DNA from: Raja brachyura
Taxonomy: Eukaryota
Direction: 5' to 3'
Length of the DNA stretch: 64,000 nt
NCBI GenBank assembly: GCA_963514005.1
Contig: OY740807.1
Coordinates: 2,108,001 to 2,172,000 of the forward strand
Shown here piece after piece: positions 14,195 to 24,062 of this stretch (the stretch's first letter is position 1; each line of letters opens with the position of its first letter). Both the position numbers and the translations under genes were made by a program. The notes beneath the pieces are model-generated. The model saw only the letters and a program-made list of their open reading frames with translations, was not told where the DNA came from and did no database searches.

Positions 14195-15982
14195 ATGGAA
14201 GGAGGAAGGAGTGGGAGTCGCGTTCAGCGAGTAAAGTCCTCGGAGCTGCCCGCTACATCGGGAGCAGCTGAGACACCACCGAGGAAGAAGTCGCGGCAGT
14301 CGGGGAGCTCTGAGCAGCTGACCAGACCCGGCACAACCCCTCTGGCAAAGAAGAGGGTGTCCGCGCAGGAGCAGGGGCTGGGAGACCCTGACTCCAGAAC
14401 TCCAGTGCCCAAGTCCAGGGCTGGAGGTAAGGCACGTGGGGCTCTTGAAGCAAGCGTGTCCGCGAGTGCATCCCCCCCTTTAAAGGTCCCTCGCGGGCAG
14501 AGCAGGGGGGAAGCCTCGCTAAAGTCCAGCCTTGTCGGTACGGCAGGCAGGGACAAGCCACTGGGTAAACCTGCGAGGAAGCAGACCAGTGGCAGTGCTG
14601 GCGTGCCGAGGATCCCTGTGGGGGCAGGATGTACCGGCACACCCCCAGAACAGGCTGCCGTAGTGCGGGCCGGTGGCAGCAAAGTACGGTCCGGCGCCCC
14701 TGCTGAGGCGGGTAGAGCAGACCATGCGCCGCCACAGTCCCGTTTATGTGTGGAACACTGTGGTGGTAAGCCCGCACGGACATCAGAGAGCCCAGTTTCT
14801 GGTGCAAGTACTGACTCTAGCCCTCTTCCCTCCCATCAGACAGAGGGGCCGCTGCTGTCCAAACGACGGCGGACCAGCGGTGTGTCCGTGTGGGAGTCGC
14901 ACAGCCCCGCTGGAGTGGGAGCTGGCGATTTCCCGGCAGTACATTCCGTGAGGGTGTTGACAACTGCTGGAAGCCCCGGTTCCTCTGGAGAGGCTGGGGA
15001 AGACGACCAGTGGCCCGCGTACAGCGGTGACGGTCGTATCGGCCGGTTGGAGCATATGGTGGAGGTGCTCTATCAACGGGACCTGGAGCATCAGGAACGG
15101 GAATCCCAGAGGTCTGGGAGCTACATGCAGCCGCCACCTTCCATCTCCCCGTCGCTTGAGAGCCAGCAAGGAAGTATGGGTGAGCCTGAGGAGGGAGAAG
15201 AGTTCCAGAACCCACAGGAAATGTTGGAGGCGGTGTCGAAATTTGGGTCACCTGCGTCAGCAGGGGGACCACTACATCCCAAAATAGCGGCGTCAATCGA
15301 TTTCCTGACTACGCACCAGCTCCAGGATACCGTGCTCTCGGAAACAGTGGGGAAGTATAAGGCACCAGCAAACTGCAACTCCCTCAACGTACCGAAAGTG
15401 AATGCAGCAATATGGGGGAACATGTCGGCCAACACAAGGGTCAAGGAGGGCAAGCTCCAGAAAATCTTAAAGCTGCTGACAGCAGGTATCACGGCTTTTG
15501 CTCGGTCGCTGGATGCCACGAATGTGTCCGAGGAGCAGCAGGATGCGCTAGCGCTTCTGTGCACCACCCAGTTTGAGATAAACTGTTTTAGGAAGAGCTC
15601 CATCCGGCCAAATTTGAATCCCAAATTTGCGGGATTATGCAGCACCTCCACCGCACCACCACCACCAAGGCAGCTGTTTGGAGAAGACCTGCCTAATCGC
15701 GTGAAGGAACTGGACGAGGAAGCCAAGACTGTGGGGATGATGAGACAGTCTCATTCATCCAAAACTCCCGTTTACACCAGGCAGCAGCCACGTTCCTCGT
15801 TCAGGCCCCACACACCGGTGGACCAAGGCCCCAGAACATATTCACAAACATATTCCTCGTCGGGGGCCCAACAGCAGAGGCCTTTTTTATTCCAAGGCCA
15901 GCCCAAGCCAGCTTGGAAGATGCGGCAACAGGGCCGCGCCACACGGGGAGCAAAGACACCACAGTCCAGACCCCGGCGCTAA
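14195..15982 (+). CDS. DIRS ORF1 (Gag-like), 595 aa from the Kozak ATG
   Basis: GCCATGG at 14192-14198; low-complexity N-terminus; PKVN..IW, DALALL, IRP.L and LFG.DL motifs typical of DIRS ORF1. Confidence 0.8.
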   Translation: MEGGRSGSRVQRVKSSELPATSGAAETPPRKKSRQSGSSEQLTRPGTTPLAKKRVSAQEQGLGDPDSRTPVPKSRAGGKARGALEASVSASASPPLKVPRGQSRGEASLKSSLVGTAGRDKPLGKPARKQTSGSAGVPRIPVGAGCTGTPPEQAAVVRAGGSKVRSGAPAEAGRADHAPPQSRLCVEHCGGKPARTSESPVSGASTDSSPLPSHQTEGPLLSKRRRTSGVSVWESHSPAGVGAGDFPAVHSVRVLTTAGSPGSSGEAGEDDQWPAYSGDGRIGRLEHMVEVLYQRDLEHQERESQRSGSYMQPPPSISPSLESQQGSMGEPEEGEEFQNPQEMLEAVSKFGSPASAGGPLHPKIAASIDFLTTHQLQDTVLSETVGKYKAPANCNSLNVPKVNAAIWGNMSANTRVKEGKLQKILKLLTAGITAFARSLDATNVSEEQQDALALLCTTQFEINCFRKSSIRPNLNPKFAGLCSTSTAPPPPRQLFGEDLPNRVKELDEEAKTVGMMRQSHSSKTPVYTRQQPRSSFRPHTPVDQGPRTYSQTYSSSGAQQQRPFLFQGQPKPAWKMRQQGRATRGAKTPQSRPRR

Positions 15983-17916
15983 CCTTGGAGGTAAGGGGGC
16001 TTGGTTCCGTCCACAACGTAGCATTAGTAACCTCACCGGTGGGGGGACGGCTACGGGGTTTTCGGTCTGCTTGGGATACCCTAACTACGGATCCTTTTAT
16101 TTTACAAAGCATTCAGGGTTATGAGATAGAGTTTATTAATGGCAGAGATCCCCCTTCGCAACATGAGCCTAGTCGCAGATTTGCACTCTCTCAGTCAGAG
16201 AAGGAGCGGGCTCATGTTGAGATACTACGATTAGAAAAGAAAGGGGTGATACAAAAAACGACGCACGAGCCATTGGAGTTTGTTTCCAACATCTTTACTA
16301 GGGTTAAGAAGAATGGAGGCTGTCGGATTATCATCGACTTAACCCAGTTGAATGCTTTCGTACAATATACCCATTTTAAGATGGAGACGTTTGAGACGGC
16401 CAAGCAGTTGGTTAGTCATGGGTACTTTATGGCTTGCATTGATCTGAAGGATGCATACTATACAGTCCCTATTGCTGAACAACATCGAAGGTTCTTGAAG
16501 TTTGTCTGGGAAGGTCAATTATGGCAATATATGGCTTTGCCAAATGGGATTACAACAGCGCCGAGACTATTTACTAAAATTGTTAAACCTTTATTGGCAC
16601 ATCTCAGGAAACAAAACCATGTTATAATGGCATATTTAGATGACATTTACATAGCAGGGAAAACCCTAGAGCACGCCCAGTTGGCAGTCTCGGCCGCTAT
16701 ATCTTTGTTTCAAAGAATGGGGTTTGTAATCCATCCAGACAAATCCAAGTTCAACCCTTCGCAGGTCATGGACTATTTGGGGTTCACTATAGACACTAAC
16801 CAGATGAAAATCACCGTCCCAGTTGACAAAGTGGTGGACGTTCAACAGGCATGCATCAGTTTGTTTGACAACAACAGGCCAACCATTCGGCAGGTTGCTA
16901 AGGTAATTGGCAAGCTGGTTGCCACGTTCCCGGCCGTGAATTATGGTCCGTTGCATTACCAAAACTTACAAAAAAGTAAAATTCTGGCGTTAAAATTGAA
17001 TAACGGACATTTTGACAGACCTATGCGCTTAGGCATAGGGGAGCAAACTGAATTGGAATGGTGGGTTCATAATATTGGAGTAAGTTCCAAACCCATCATT
17101 CTCCCCAATCCTACGGTTCTGTTGCAAACTGATGCGAGTGCCCAAGGCTGGGGGGCAACTGACACTGTAACCAGCTGTGGTGGCAGATGGGACGCTCATG
17201 AGTTCACGCTTCTCCAAGTGCAAGGCATTAATTATTTGGAAATGCTGGGGGTCTTTCATGGACTGCGGGCATATTGCAGTGATTTGCGTCATGCACATGT
17301 CCGCCTTCAAATCGATAATACCACGGTGGTAGCCTATATTAATCATATGGGTGGTATCAGGTCAGTATCTTGTAATGATTTGGCAAATACAATTTGGCTC
17401 TGGTGCATCAAAAGGGGTATTTGGATATCAGCAACGTACCTTCCGGGGATACTCAATACGGTGGCGGACACCAGGTCACGAGTTTTTAATGATAACATTG
17501 AGTGGATGCTGAATCCCCTTGTGTTTGCTGAAATTGTGACAAAATTCAGTATGCCAGATATTGACCTATTTGCGTCTAGACTGAACCATCAGATACCAAC
17601 ATATGTATCGTGGGAACCAGATCCTGGGGCAGTGGCTTTGGATGCTTTTTCACTCCACTGGGGGAAATGGTATTGCTACGCATTTCCCCCATTCTGCCTC
17701 ATCAGCCGGGTATTACAGAAGATTAAATTAGACTCTGCATCAGGCATTCTGGTAATACCCGACTGGCCGACACAACCATGGTACCCGGTGGTCTCCCAGA
17801 TGCTAAAGCACCCGTGGGTGCGAATTGGGAACAACCCACAATTGGTTACTAATCCTGTCACTGGCGAGCCGCATCCGTGCCACGCCTATTTAAACCTGTT
17901 GGTCTGCAGGTTCTGA
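15913..17916 (+). CDS. DIRS ORF2: reverse transcriptase, RNase H and N6-adenine methyltransferase-like domain
   Basis: IDLKDAYY, LPNG, YLDD; TDAS, INYLEM, DNTTVV, N.VAD; IDLFASRLN, YAFPPF. No ATG before the RT domain. Confidence 0.95.
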   Translation: MEDAATGPRHTGSKDTTVQTPALTLEVRGLGSVHNVALVTSPVGGRLRGFRSAWDTLTTDPFILQSIQGYEIEFINGRDPPSQHEPSRRFALSQSEKERAHVEILRLEKKGVIQKTTHEPLEFVSNIFTRVKKNGGCRIIIDLTQLNAFVQYTHFKMETFETAKQLVSHGYFMACIDLKDAYYTVPIAEQHRRFLKFVWEGQLWQYMALPNGITTAPRLFTKIVKPLLAHLRKQNHVIMAYLDDIYIAGKTLEHAQLAVSAAISLFQRMGFVIHPDKSKFNPSQVMDYLGFTIDTNQMKITVPVDKVVDVQQACISLFDNNRPTIRQVAKVIGKLVATFPAVNYGPLHYQNLQKSKILALKLNNGHFDRPMRLGIGEQTELEWWVHNIGVSSKPIILPNPTVLLQTDASAQGWGATDTVTSCGGRWDAHEFTLLQVQGINYLEMLGVFHGLRAYCSDLRHAHVRLQIDNTTVVAYINHMGGIRSVSCNDLANTIWLWCIKRGIWISATYLPGILNTVADTRSRVFNDNIEWMLNPLVFAEIVTKFSMPDIDLFASRLNHQIPTYVSWEPDPGAVALDAFSLHWGKWYCYAFPPFCLISRVLQKIKLDSASGILVIPDWPTQPWYPVVSQMLKHPWVRIGNNPQLVTNPVTGEPHPCHAYLNLLVCRF

Positions 17917-18860
17917 AAAGGCCTTTGATGAACACCGGGATCTCACCGAGGGCCATGGATTTAATCGCTGCATCGTGCAGAGCATCTACAAGACGGCAGT
18001 ACCTGACCCAGATCAGGAAATGGGAGCTATTCTGTTTAAGGAAGAGTGTTGCCTATGATTCTGCCACAATACCTGACGTCCTGGAATTCCTGGCGGGCCT
18101 CCACTATGATGAAGGGCTCAGCTATAGTACCAGGAGCGCGCTGTCCTCGTACCTTCCGGTAGGAGTGGGGACCAACAATCTGGTGTCGAAGTTTATGAGG
18201 GGTGTATTTAACACAAACCCTCCTCGGCCCAGATATAACGCTGTCTGGGATGCAGGAGTTGTCCTGTCCCTGTTAAGGTCATGGTCCCCCATGGTGGGGT
18301 TACCTCTTCACCGGCTCACCCTGAAGGTGGTCATGTTGATGGCGCTCACGTCTGCTCAGCGGGTACAGGCGCTTCAAAAGTTGTGCATTGACAATATGCT
18401 CTCTACCCCTGGGAAAATAACGTTTTACGTTGCAGAACTGCTGAAGCAGCATCGACCCGGATCTTTGGGGCTGCAGTTGGAATTCCAGGCGTACCCCTCT
18501 GATGCCACACTCTGCACAGTCGCCCACCTCCGTTGCTACATTGAGTTGACCCGGTCGATCAGGAATTCGGAACAAGGACTGCTTATCAGCCACAAAAAAC
18601 CACATCGCCGGGTGACAGTGCAGACGATCTCCAGGTGGCTCAGGGAAGTGTTGGATGCAGCGGGTATTGACACTAACTTGTTTAAATCTCATTCCACCAG
18701 GGCTGCATCCACATCAACAGCGAGGGCCATGGAGGTGCCCATGGATCACGTCCTCGCTACGGCAGGATGGGCCAGTGAGTCAACCTTTCAACGGTTCTAC
18801 CATAAGCCATTGGCCGGACCTGCAACATATGCGGATGCAGTACTCAGGGCTGCTCCCTAA
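17877..18860 (+). CDS. DIRS ORF3: tyrosine recombinase
   Basis: SAQR, LLKQ, SHSTR, AGW and FQRFY fit the R-K-H-R-W-Y catalytic pattern; first ATG at 17928. Confidence 0.93.
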   Translation: MPRLFKPVGLQVLKRPLMNTGISPRAMDLIAASCRASTRRQYLTQIRKWELFCLRKSVAYDSATIPDVLEFLAGLHYDEGLSYSTRSALSSYLPVGVGTNNLVSKFMRGVFNTNPPRPRYNAVWDAGVVLSLLRSWSPMVGLPLHRLTLKVVMLMALTSAQRVQALQKLCIDNMLSTPGKITFYVAELLKQHRPGSLGLQLEFQAYPSDATLCTVAHLRCYIELTRSIRNSEQGLLISHKKPHRRVTVQTISRWLREVLDAAGIDTNLFKSHSTRAASTSTARAMEVPMDHVLATAGWASESTFQRFYHKPLAGPATYADAVLRAAP

Positions 18861-19027
18861 TATCATTTGTCCCCAGTCAGGGGGTTTTGTTTATGATTTG
18901 TGTTTAATAAATGTTAATTATTTTCAGATTGTCCAGTCTGGATTGCTTTAACAAACTTCCTCCATCAGGATTGCGGCAGTGTGGTAGCATGGGCGTTGTC
19001 CAGGGCGTGTAATCACAGAGCTTTGAA

Positions 19028-19141
19028 GTCTTCACGAAGTCACTCACGTGACTCCGAAGTAAAATAGTAAGATTAAACAAGAACTTACCAGTTCGAAGGT
19101 TGATCTTTATTTTATGAGGAGTTGCGATGAGGGATTTCGTG
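19028..19141. repeat. DIRS internal complementary region (ICR)
   Basis: First part is the reverse complement of 13989-14025; second part is the reverse complement of about 19280-19356 with one mismatch. Confidence 0.93.
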
Positions 19142-19955
19142 CCCTCCGCTCCCAACCCTCGATCATTATGTTCAGCTGGGTAGTTCGCAGTTTAATCTTA
19201 ATATCCTTACTTTTCGTCGAGTCTGTGATTCCACACCGCTGCTTTGAAGGATGCCGCGCATGCGTGTTGGCGGGGTCTTCACGAAATCCCTCATCGCAAC
19301 TCCTCATAAAATAAAGATCAACCTTCGAACTGGTAAGTTCTCGTTTAATCTTACTATTATATACTCAAAAAGAGTATGTGATACGGAATTAGCTGTTATA
19401 TCCTTAGATGCAGAAAAAGCATTCGATCAGGTTGAATGGCCATATTTATTTAAAATAATGGAGAAATTCCAATTGGGGGATAGATTTTGTAAATGGGTAA
19501 GAATTCTATATTCGAATCCTACTGCAAGAATATTAACTAACCAAATATTATCAGCTAAATTTAAGCTTTATAGGGGTTGTAGACAAGGATGTCCGCTATC
19601 GCCTTTGTTATTCGCTCTGGTGATAGAGCCTTTAGCTGAATGGATTAGATCTGAACCAGAAATATATGGATATAATACTGAAACTACAACAAATAAAATA
19701 TCTCTATATGCAGATGATGTCTTAATTTATATTACAAACCCGGAGATTAGTATTCCCAAGCTATTTAATGTTATAACTAAATTTAGTACATTTTCTGGAT
19801 ATAGAATTAATTGGAATAAAAGTGATATTATGCCTATAACTGGGATAAGATCAAATATATTGCAACAATACCCACTAAAAAAGTAGTTACGGACAAATTT
19901 AATTATTTAGGTATTAATGTATCTAAATCCTATAACTCATTAATTAAATCTAATT

Positions 19956-20472
19956 CAAAGTCAAAGTCAAAGTCAAACAAACTTTATTGTCATTTAGAAA
20001 TACATTGATACATGCAGTTCCAAATGAAATTACGTTGCATTTGGCTCCCTGTGCAACACAATAAATTAACCGAAGGATAGGCATGGGTGAAAAGGATAAA
20101 TAGACAATAGTGGCAGCCCATTACATGGCATTCAGGAGTCTGATGGCTCGTGGGAAGAAGCTGTTGCAGAACCTTGATGTTCTGCTCCTTATGCTGCGGT
20201 ATCTTTTTCCCGAGGGCAGCAGAGTGAACAGTCCGTGATGGAGATGAGTGGGGTCTTTTATAATACTGCTGGCCTTAGACACACAGCGTTTGGTCGCAAT
20301 ATCCCCGATTGAGGGGAGAGAGGTCCCGATGATTTTCTCCGCTGTCCTCACCACTCTCTGCACAGACTTCCAGTCGGAGGCTCTACAGTCCCCAAACCAG
20401 ACAGAGATACAGCTGGTCAGAATACTCTCTATGGTGCCCCTGTAGAAAGTAGTGAGGATGGGATGGGGGACC
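19956..20472 (-). mobile_element. Rex1/Babar LINE 3' fragment inserted in L1 ORF2
   Basis: FYRGTIESILTSCISVWFG...DPTH...LPSGKRYRS...SFFPRAIRLLN; (TTTGAC)n tail; AATT TSD. Confidence 0.88.
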
Positions 20473-22399
20473 AATTATCCACAATTATTAGATAAACTTA
20501 GAAAAAATATTTTATATTGGAAAACACTTCCTATATCTATGATTGGTAGAATAAATGCTATAAAAATGATTTTTTTACCACAACTGTTATATTTGTTTCA
20601 AGCTATTCGCTTTTATCTCCCGAAAACTTTTTTTTTTTTAATTGGTAACATTGTTAATAGTTTTATCTGGGACTATAAAAATCATAGAATAAGTAAAAAA
20701 CATTTATGTAAATCCAAAATAAATGGAGGATTAGCACTTCCAATTTTTTTGTACTATTTCTGGGCAGTTCAGATTAAGAATATGAATTTTTGGTGGGTAA
20801 ATTTGGATCATGAACCAATGTGGTTAAAGATGGAAAAGGAAGATTGTTTACCTTTTAATGTAGGTTCAATTCTTTTTGCGCCAAGAGAAGTACAAAAAAA
20901 AATTTATAGGGACAACCCTATAATTCATAGTAATAGACGTATTTGGAAACAAATAGTTAAGACTTTACATTTAGATAATTTGTCACTTAACCTACCGATT
21001 ATGAATAATCCTTTATTTAAACCCTCTATATTAGATAGGGGGTTTAGACATTGGGATGATTTAGGAATTAAAAGGATAGAACACCTGTACAGAAAGGGAA
21101 AATTTCTTTCATTTCAGGAGTTACAAGATATTTATGGATTACCGTCACATAATTTGTTTAGGTATTTACAAATTAGAGATTATATTAAGTCTAACATACA
21201 AGATTATAAAAATAAAGAACCAGGATTATTAGATGAATTGTTTAATAAACACCCAAACACAGGAAAATTAATAGCTTATATATATAATATTATTTTGGAT
21301 AGGGAGAATCCAACAACAGAAATATATCGTCAAGCATGGGAAAATGAAATAGGTTTATCTATAACGAAAGAAACTTGGGAAGAAAGTTTACAACGTATAC
21401 ATCGTTGTTCGTTAAATGCTAGGCATACATTGATACAATTTAAAGTATTATATAGATTACATTATTCAAAAACCAAATTAAATAGAATTTTTCCTAACGT
21501 TTCTCCTATTTGTGATAAATGTCAGAATTTAGAGGCTAATTTAACACATAGTTTTGTAACGTGTTCAAAACTTAGTTATTATTGGACAGAAATCTTTAGA
21601 GTTATTTCTGAAGTTCTTAGAGTTAAACTGGATCCAGATCCAAAGTTAATAATATTAGGAATTCCGGACTCAAAATTGGTATTAACAGTAAATCAAAGAA
21701 ATTTCTTTGATTACTGTTTGATAATAGGGAAAAAAATAATATTGAAATTTTGGAAGGGAACATTAACCTCCATAATTAAAATGTGGACAGCAGAGGTGTC
21801 GGAGACGTTGTATTTGGAAAGAATCAGATTTGTCCTAATGGACAAATGTGAAATCTTTGAACAAATATGGTCTCCATTTATACAATATTTGAAGGGATAG
21901 CTGTTCTTGGCATCACAACTCAATGGGTACTCGACAGGATTTGATGAAAATAACTCATTTTCAAACTGGGATTTGTATACATGTCTTTACAATATGATGA
22001 TATTATCATTTGTAATAGTTTTATTTACAATATATTTTGTTGTTTCTCTTTTAAATATATATATAATACCTTTTATTGTTTTTAAAAGGGAAATATATAT
22101 ATATTGAATAGATGTATATTAACTAGTGTTTTTTCTTTTTTTTTCTTTCTTTTTTTTTTCTTTCTCTTTACTTTTTTATATTATCAAAATTATTATTTAA
22201 TCACAACCTTTGTTGATTTAAAACCTATTCTTTTTTCTTTTTCTCTCTATTTCTAAAAAACAGAAGATAATAATAATCAATGTGATATTTGTACAATTAC
22301 TGAATTAAGTTGGTATTTGTAAATTTGTTTTCTCATTGTGAAATGTTTACTTCTAATAAAAATATTATTTAAAAAAAAAGAAATAAAAAGACAGAAAAA

Positions 22400-22560
22400 G
22401 ACTCAAAGTGCTGGAGTAACTCAGCAGATCCGGCAGCATATCCAGCGAGCCAGGATAGGTGATGTTTCAAGTTAGGACCCTTATTCAGACTGATTGTAAG
22501 GGATGGAGGGGAAGAAAGCAACACGAGAGGAGGGGCAGGACAAAGTGTGGCAGGTAATAG
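22400..22560 (-). repeat. Short Penelope-terminus-related repeat, degenerate
   Basis: CAAAGTGCTGGAGTAACTCAGC...GACCCTTATTCAGACTGA, similar to copies at about 28850, 29110 and 52830. Confidence 0.55.
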
Positions 22561-22624
22561 TAGAATTGGTGATGAGATCGTAAACAGTCTGGGAGATGAT
22601 GGCCGTCTGTTTGTCGGATGATTG

Positions 22625-23125
22625 GGGATGATCAGCCATGATCACATTGAATGGCGGTGCTGGCTCAAAGGGCCAGATGGGCCTACTACTGCACCTATCT
22701 TTATTCTTTGGAGCACAGAAGGCTAAGGGGGGATTTGATTGAGGTCTTTAAAATGATGAAAGGGATAGACAGAGTTGACGTGGATAAGCTTTTCCCATTG
22801 AGGATAGGGAAGATTCAAACAAGAGGGCATGACATGAGAATGAAGGGACAGAAGTTTAGGGGTAACATGAGGGGGAACTTCTTTACTAAGAGAGTGGTGG
22901 CTGTGTGGAATGATCTTTCAGCAGAAGTGGTGGAGGCAGGATCGATTTTAACATTTAAAAGTAAAGTGGTTAGGTATATGGACGGAAAGGGAATGGAGGG
23001 GTATGGTCTGAGTGCAGGTAGATGGGACTAGGGGAAAATAAATGGTCGGCACGGACTGGAAGTGCTGAGAAGGCCTGTTTCCGTGCTGTAATTGTTATAT
23101 GGTTATATGGTTATATGGTTATTGT
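22625..23125 (+). mobile_element. CR1 3' ends (family B tail followed by a family A 3' end)
   Basis: YSLEHRRLRGDLIEVFK...; (GTTATATG)n tail. Confidence 0.85.
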
Positions 23126-23191
23126 CTATTGTATATTGTATATTGTCTACAGTTACTAGCAAGTGGCTACCGTTGAACAGCATGGTGAGAA

Positions 23192-23288
23192 CAGTCTGAA
23201 GAAGGGTTTCGGCCCGAAACGGTGCCTATTTCCTTTGCTACATAGATGCTGCTGCACCCGCTGAGTTTCTCCAGCACTTTTGTCTACC
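23192..23288 (+). repeat. Penelope-terminus-related short repeat with a hammerhead-like motif
   Basis: CTGAAGAAGGGTTTCGGCCCGAAAC...AGATGCTGCTGCACCCGCTGAGTTTCTCCAGCAC. Confidence 0.65.
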
Positions 23289-24062
23289 TGTGGTGAGAAC
23301 ATCACTTGCCAATCTATTATTACTGACCGAGATTGACCAGCAGGTGGTGCATGCAACAGACTGATTGTGATAATTGCATTGCCATGAGACAAAACATACA
23401 GGAAACATCTTTATTCCATTTAAACATATCTTTATGTAATGTAGAAAGGTAACTTTACAGTACACAGGGAATCTATAGAGTGCAATGAACAATTTATGCA
23501 ACAGAATATATTTGTATTGGGCACAGCTCTTGCTTACAGCACGGATATTTTTCATTGAACATTCGACATTTCTCGGCATTGTTAACATTTATTCAGTGCA
23601 GAACACCCTTGCATCTGTAGAGCCAGGTGTCACATGTCACATTCATGAAAAAATACTGTTTTAGCCACCAGGAACTTTTGTTTTAGTAACTCACTCAACA
23701 TGATGTTAAATTTGACATGGCGAACAATATCTCAGCAATTGGCCGGCCATGTTTTCGTTGACACAGCAGGGAAGGAGTTGTGGGTGTGTGCCTCACTTGA
23801 ATGGGGACAAACCATATCAAATCCACGAAGCCAACAAAAGACAGGTTTAGCCAAGGCTCTTTCGAGTGTCCATGAATCCCCGTTTGTTCAGCAGAAAGTG
23901 GAAGGAATTGTAAGCAAAGTTGTTCAGTTTAAAGATAATTCCCCTCAGGACTGTCGATGAGATCCAAAAGGGTTGGCATAAAGAAAAGGGACGAATAGTA
24001 AACCCAGGGACTTCAAAGGCAACAACAGGGAGGAGTGTGAGTTATTGACGTGTAGCCATTAC

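Larger units (their letters stand above)
13991..19358 (+). mobile_element. DIRS1-like tyrosine-recombinase retrotransposon, apparently intact
   Basis: ITR arms 14015-14049 and 19251-19285; ICR about 19028-19141 complementary to both termini; gag, RT/RNaseH/MT and YR ORFs; removing it restores L1 LRRLFNIIYSKR. Confidence 0.95.
11931..21900 (+). pseudogene. L1 ORF2 (APE endonuclease, RT, C-terminal Cys region), broken by stops, frameshifts and insertions
   Basis: SWNVKG, QETH, NIYAPN, SRIDY, LDH; SLDAEKAFD, RGCRQGCPLSPLLF, YADD; CDKC...H...C; stops at about 12411 and 13200. Confidence 0.9.
10047..22379 (+). mobile_element. Full-length L1 LINE (5'UTR, ORF1, spacer, disrupted ORF2, 3'UTR, polyA) with three nested insertions
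   Basis: TSD AGAAATAAAAAGACA(GA) at 10032-10048 and 22379-22395; starts GACTTCCGGT; AATAAA at 22355-22360 followed by an A tail. Confidence 0.92.

Noticed and set aside
14224-15726. Antisense ORFs over DIRS ORF1
   Set aside because: Expected shadow ORFs of GC-rich coding sequence; no recognisable motifs
17877-18860. Phage integrase or bacterial contamination
   Set aside because: The recombinase lies within a DIRS with RT, ITRs and ICR, precisely inserted in a vertebrate L1
19107-19314. Mirror-image ORFs on both strands (MRSCDEGFR...)
   Set aside because: Consequence of ICR/terminus complementarity, not genes
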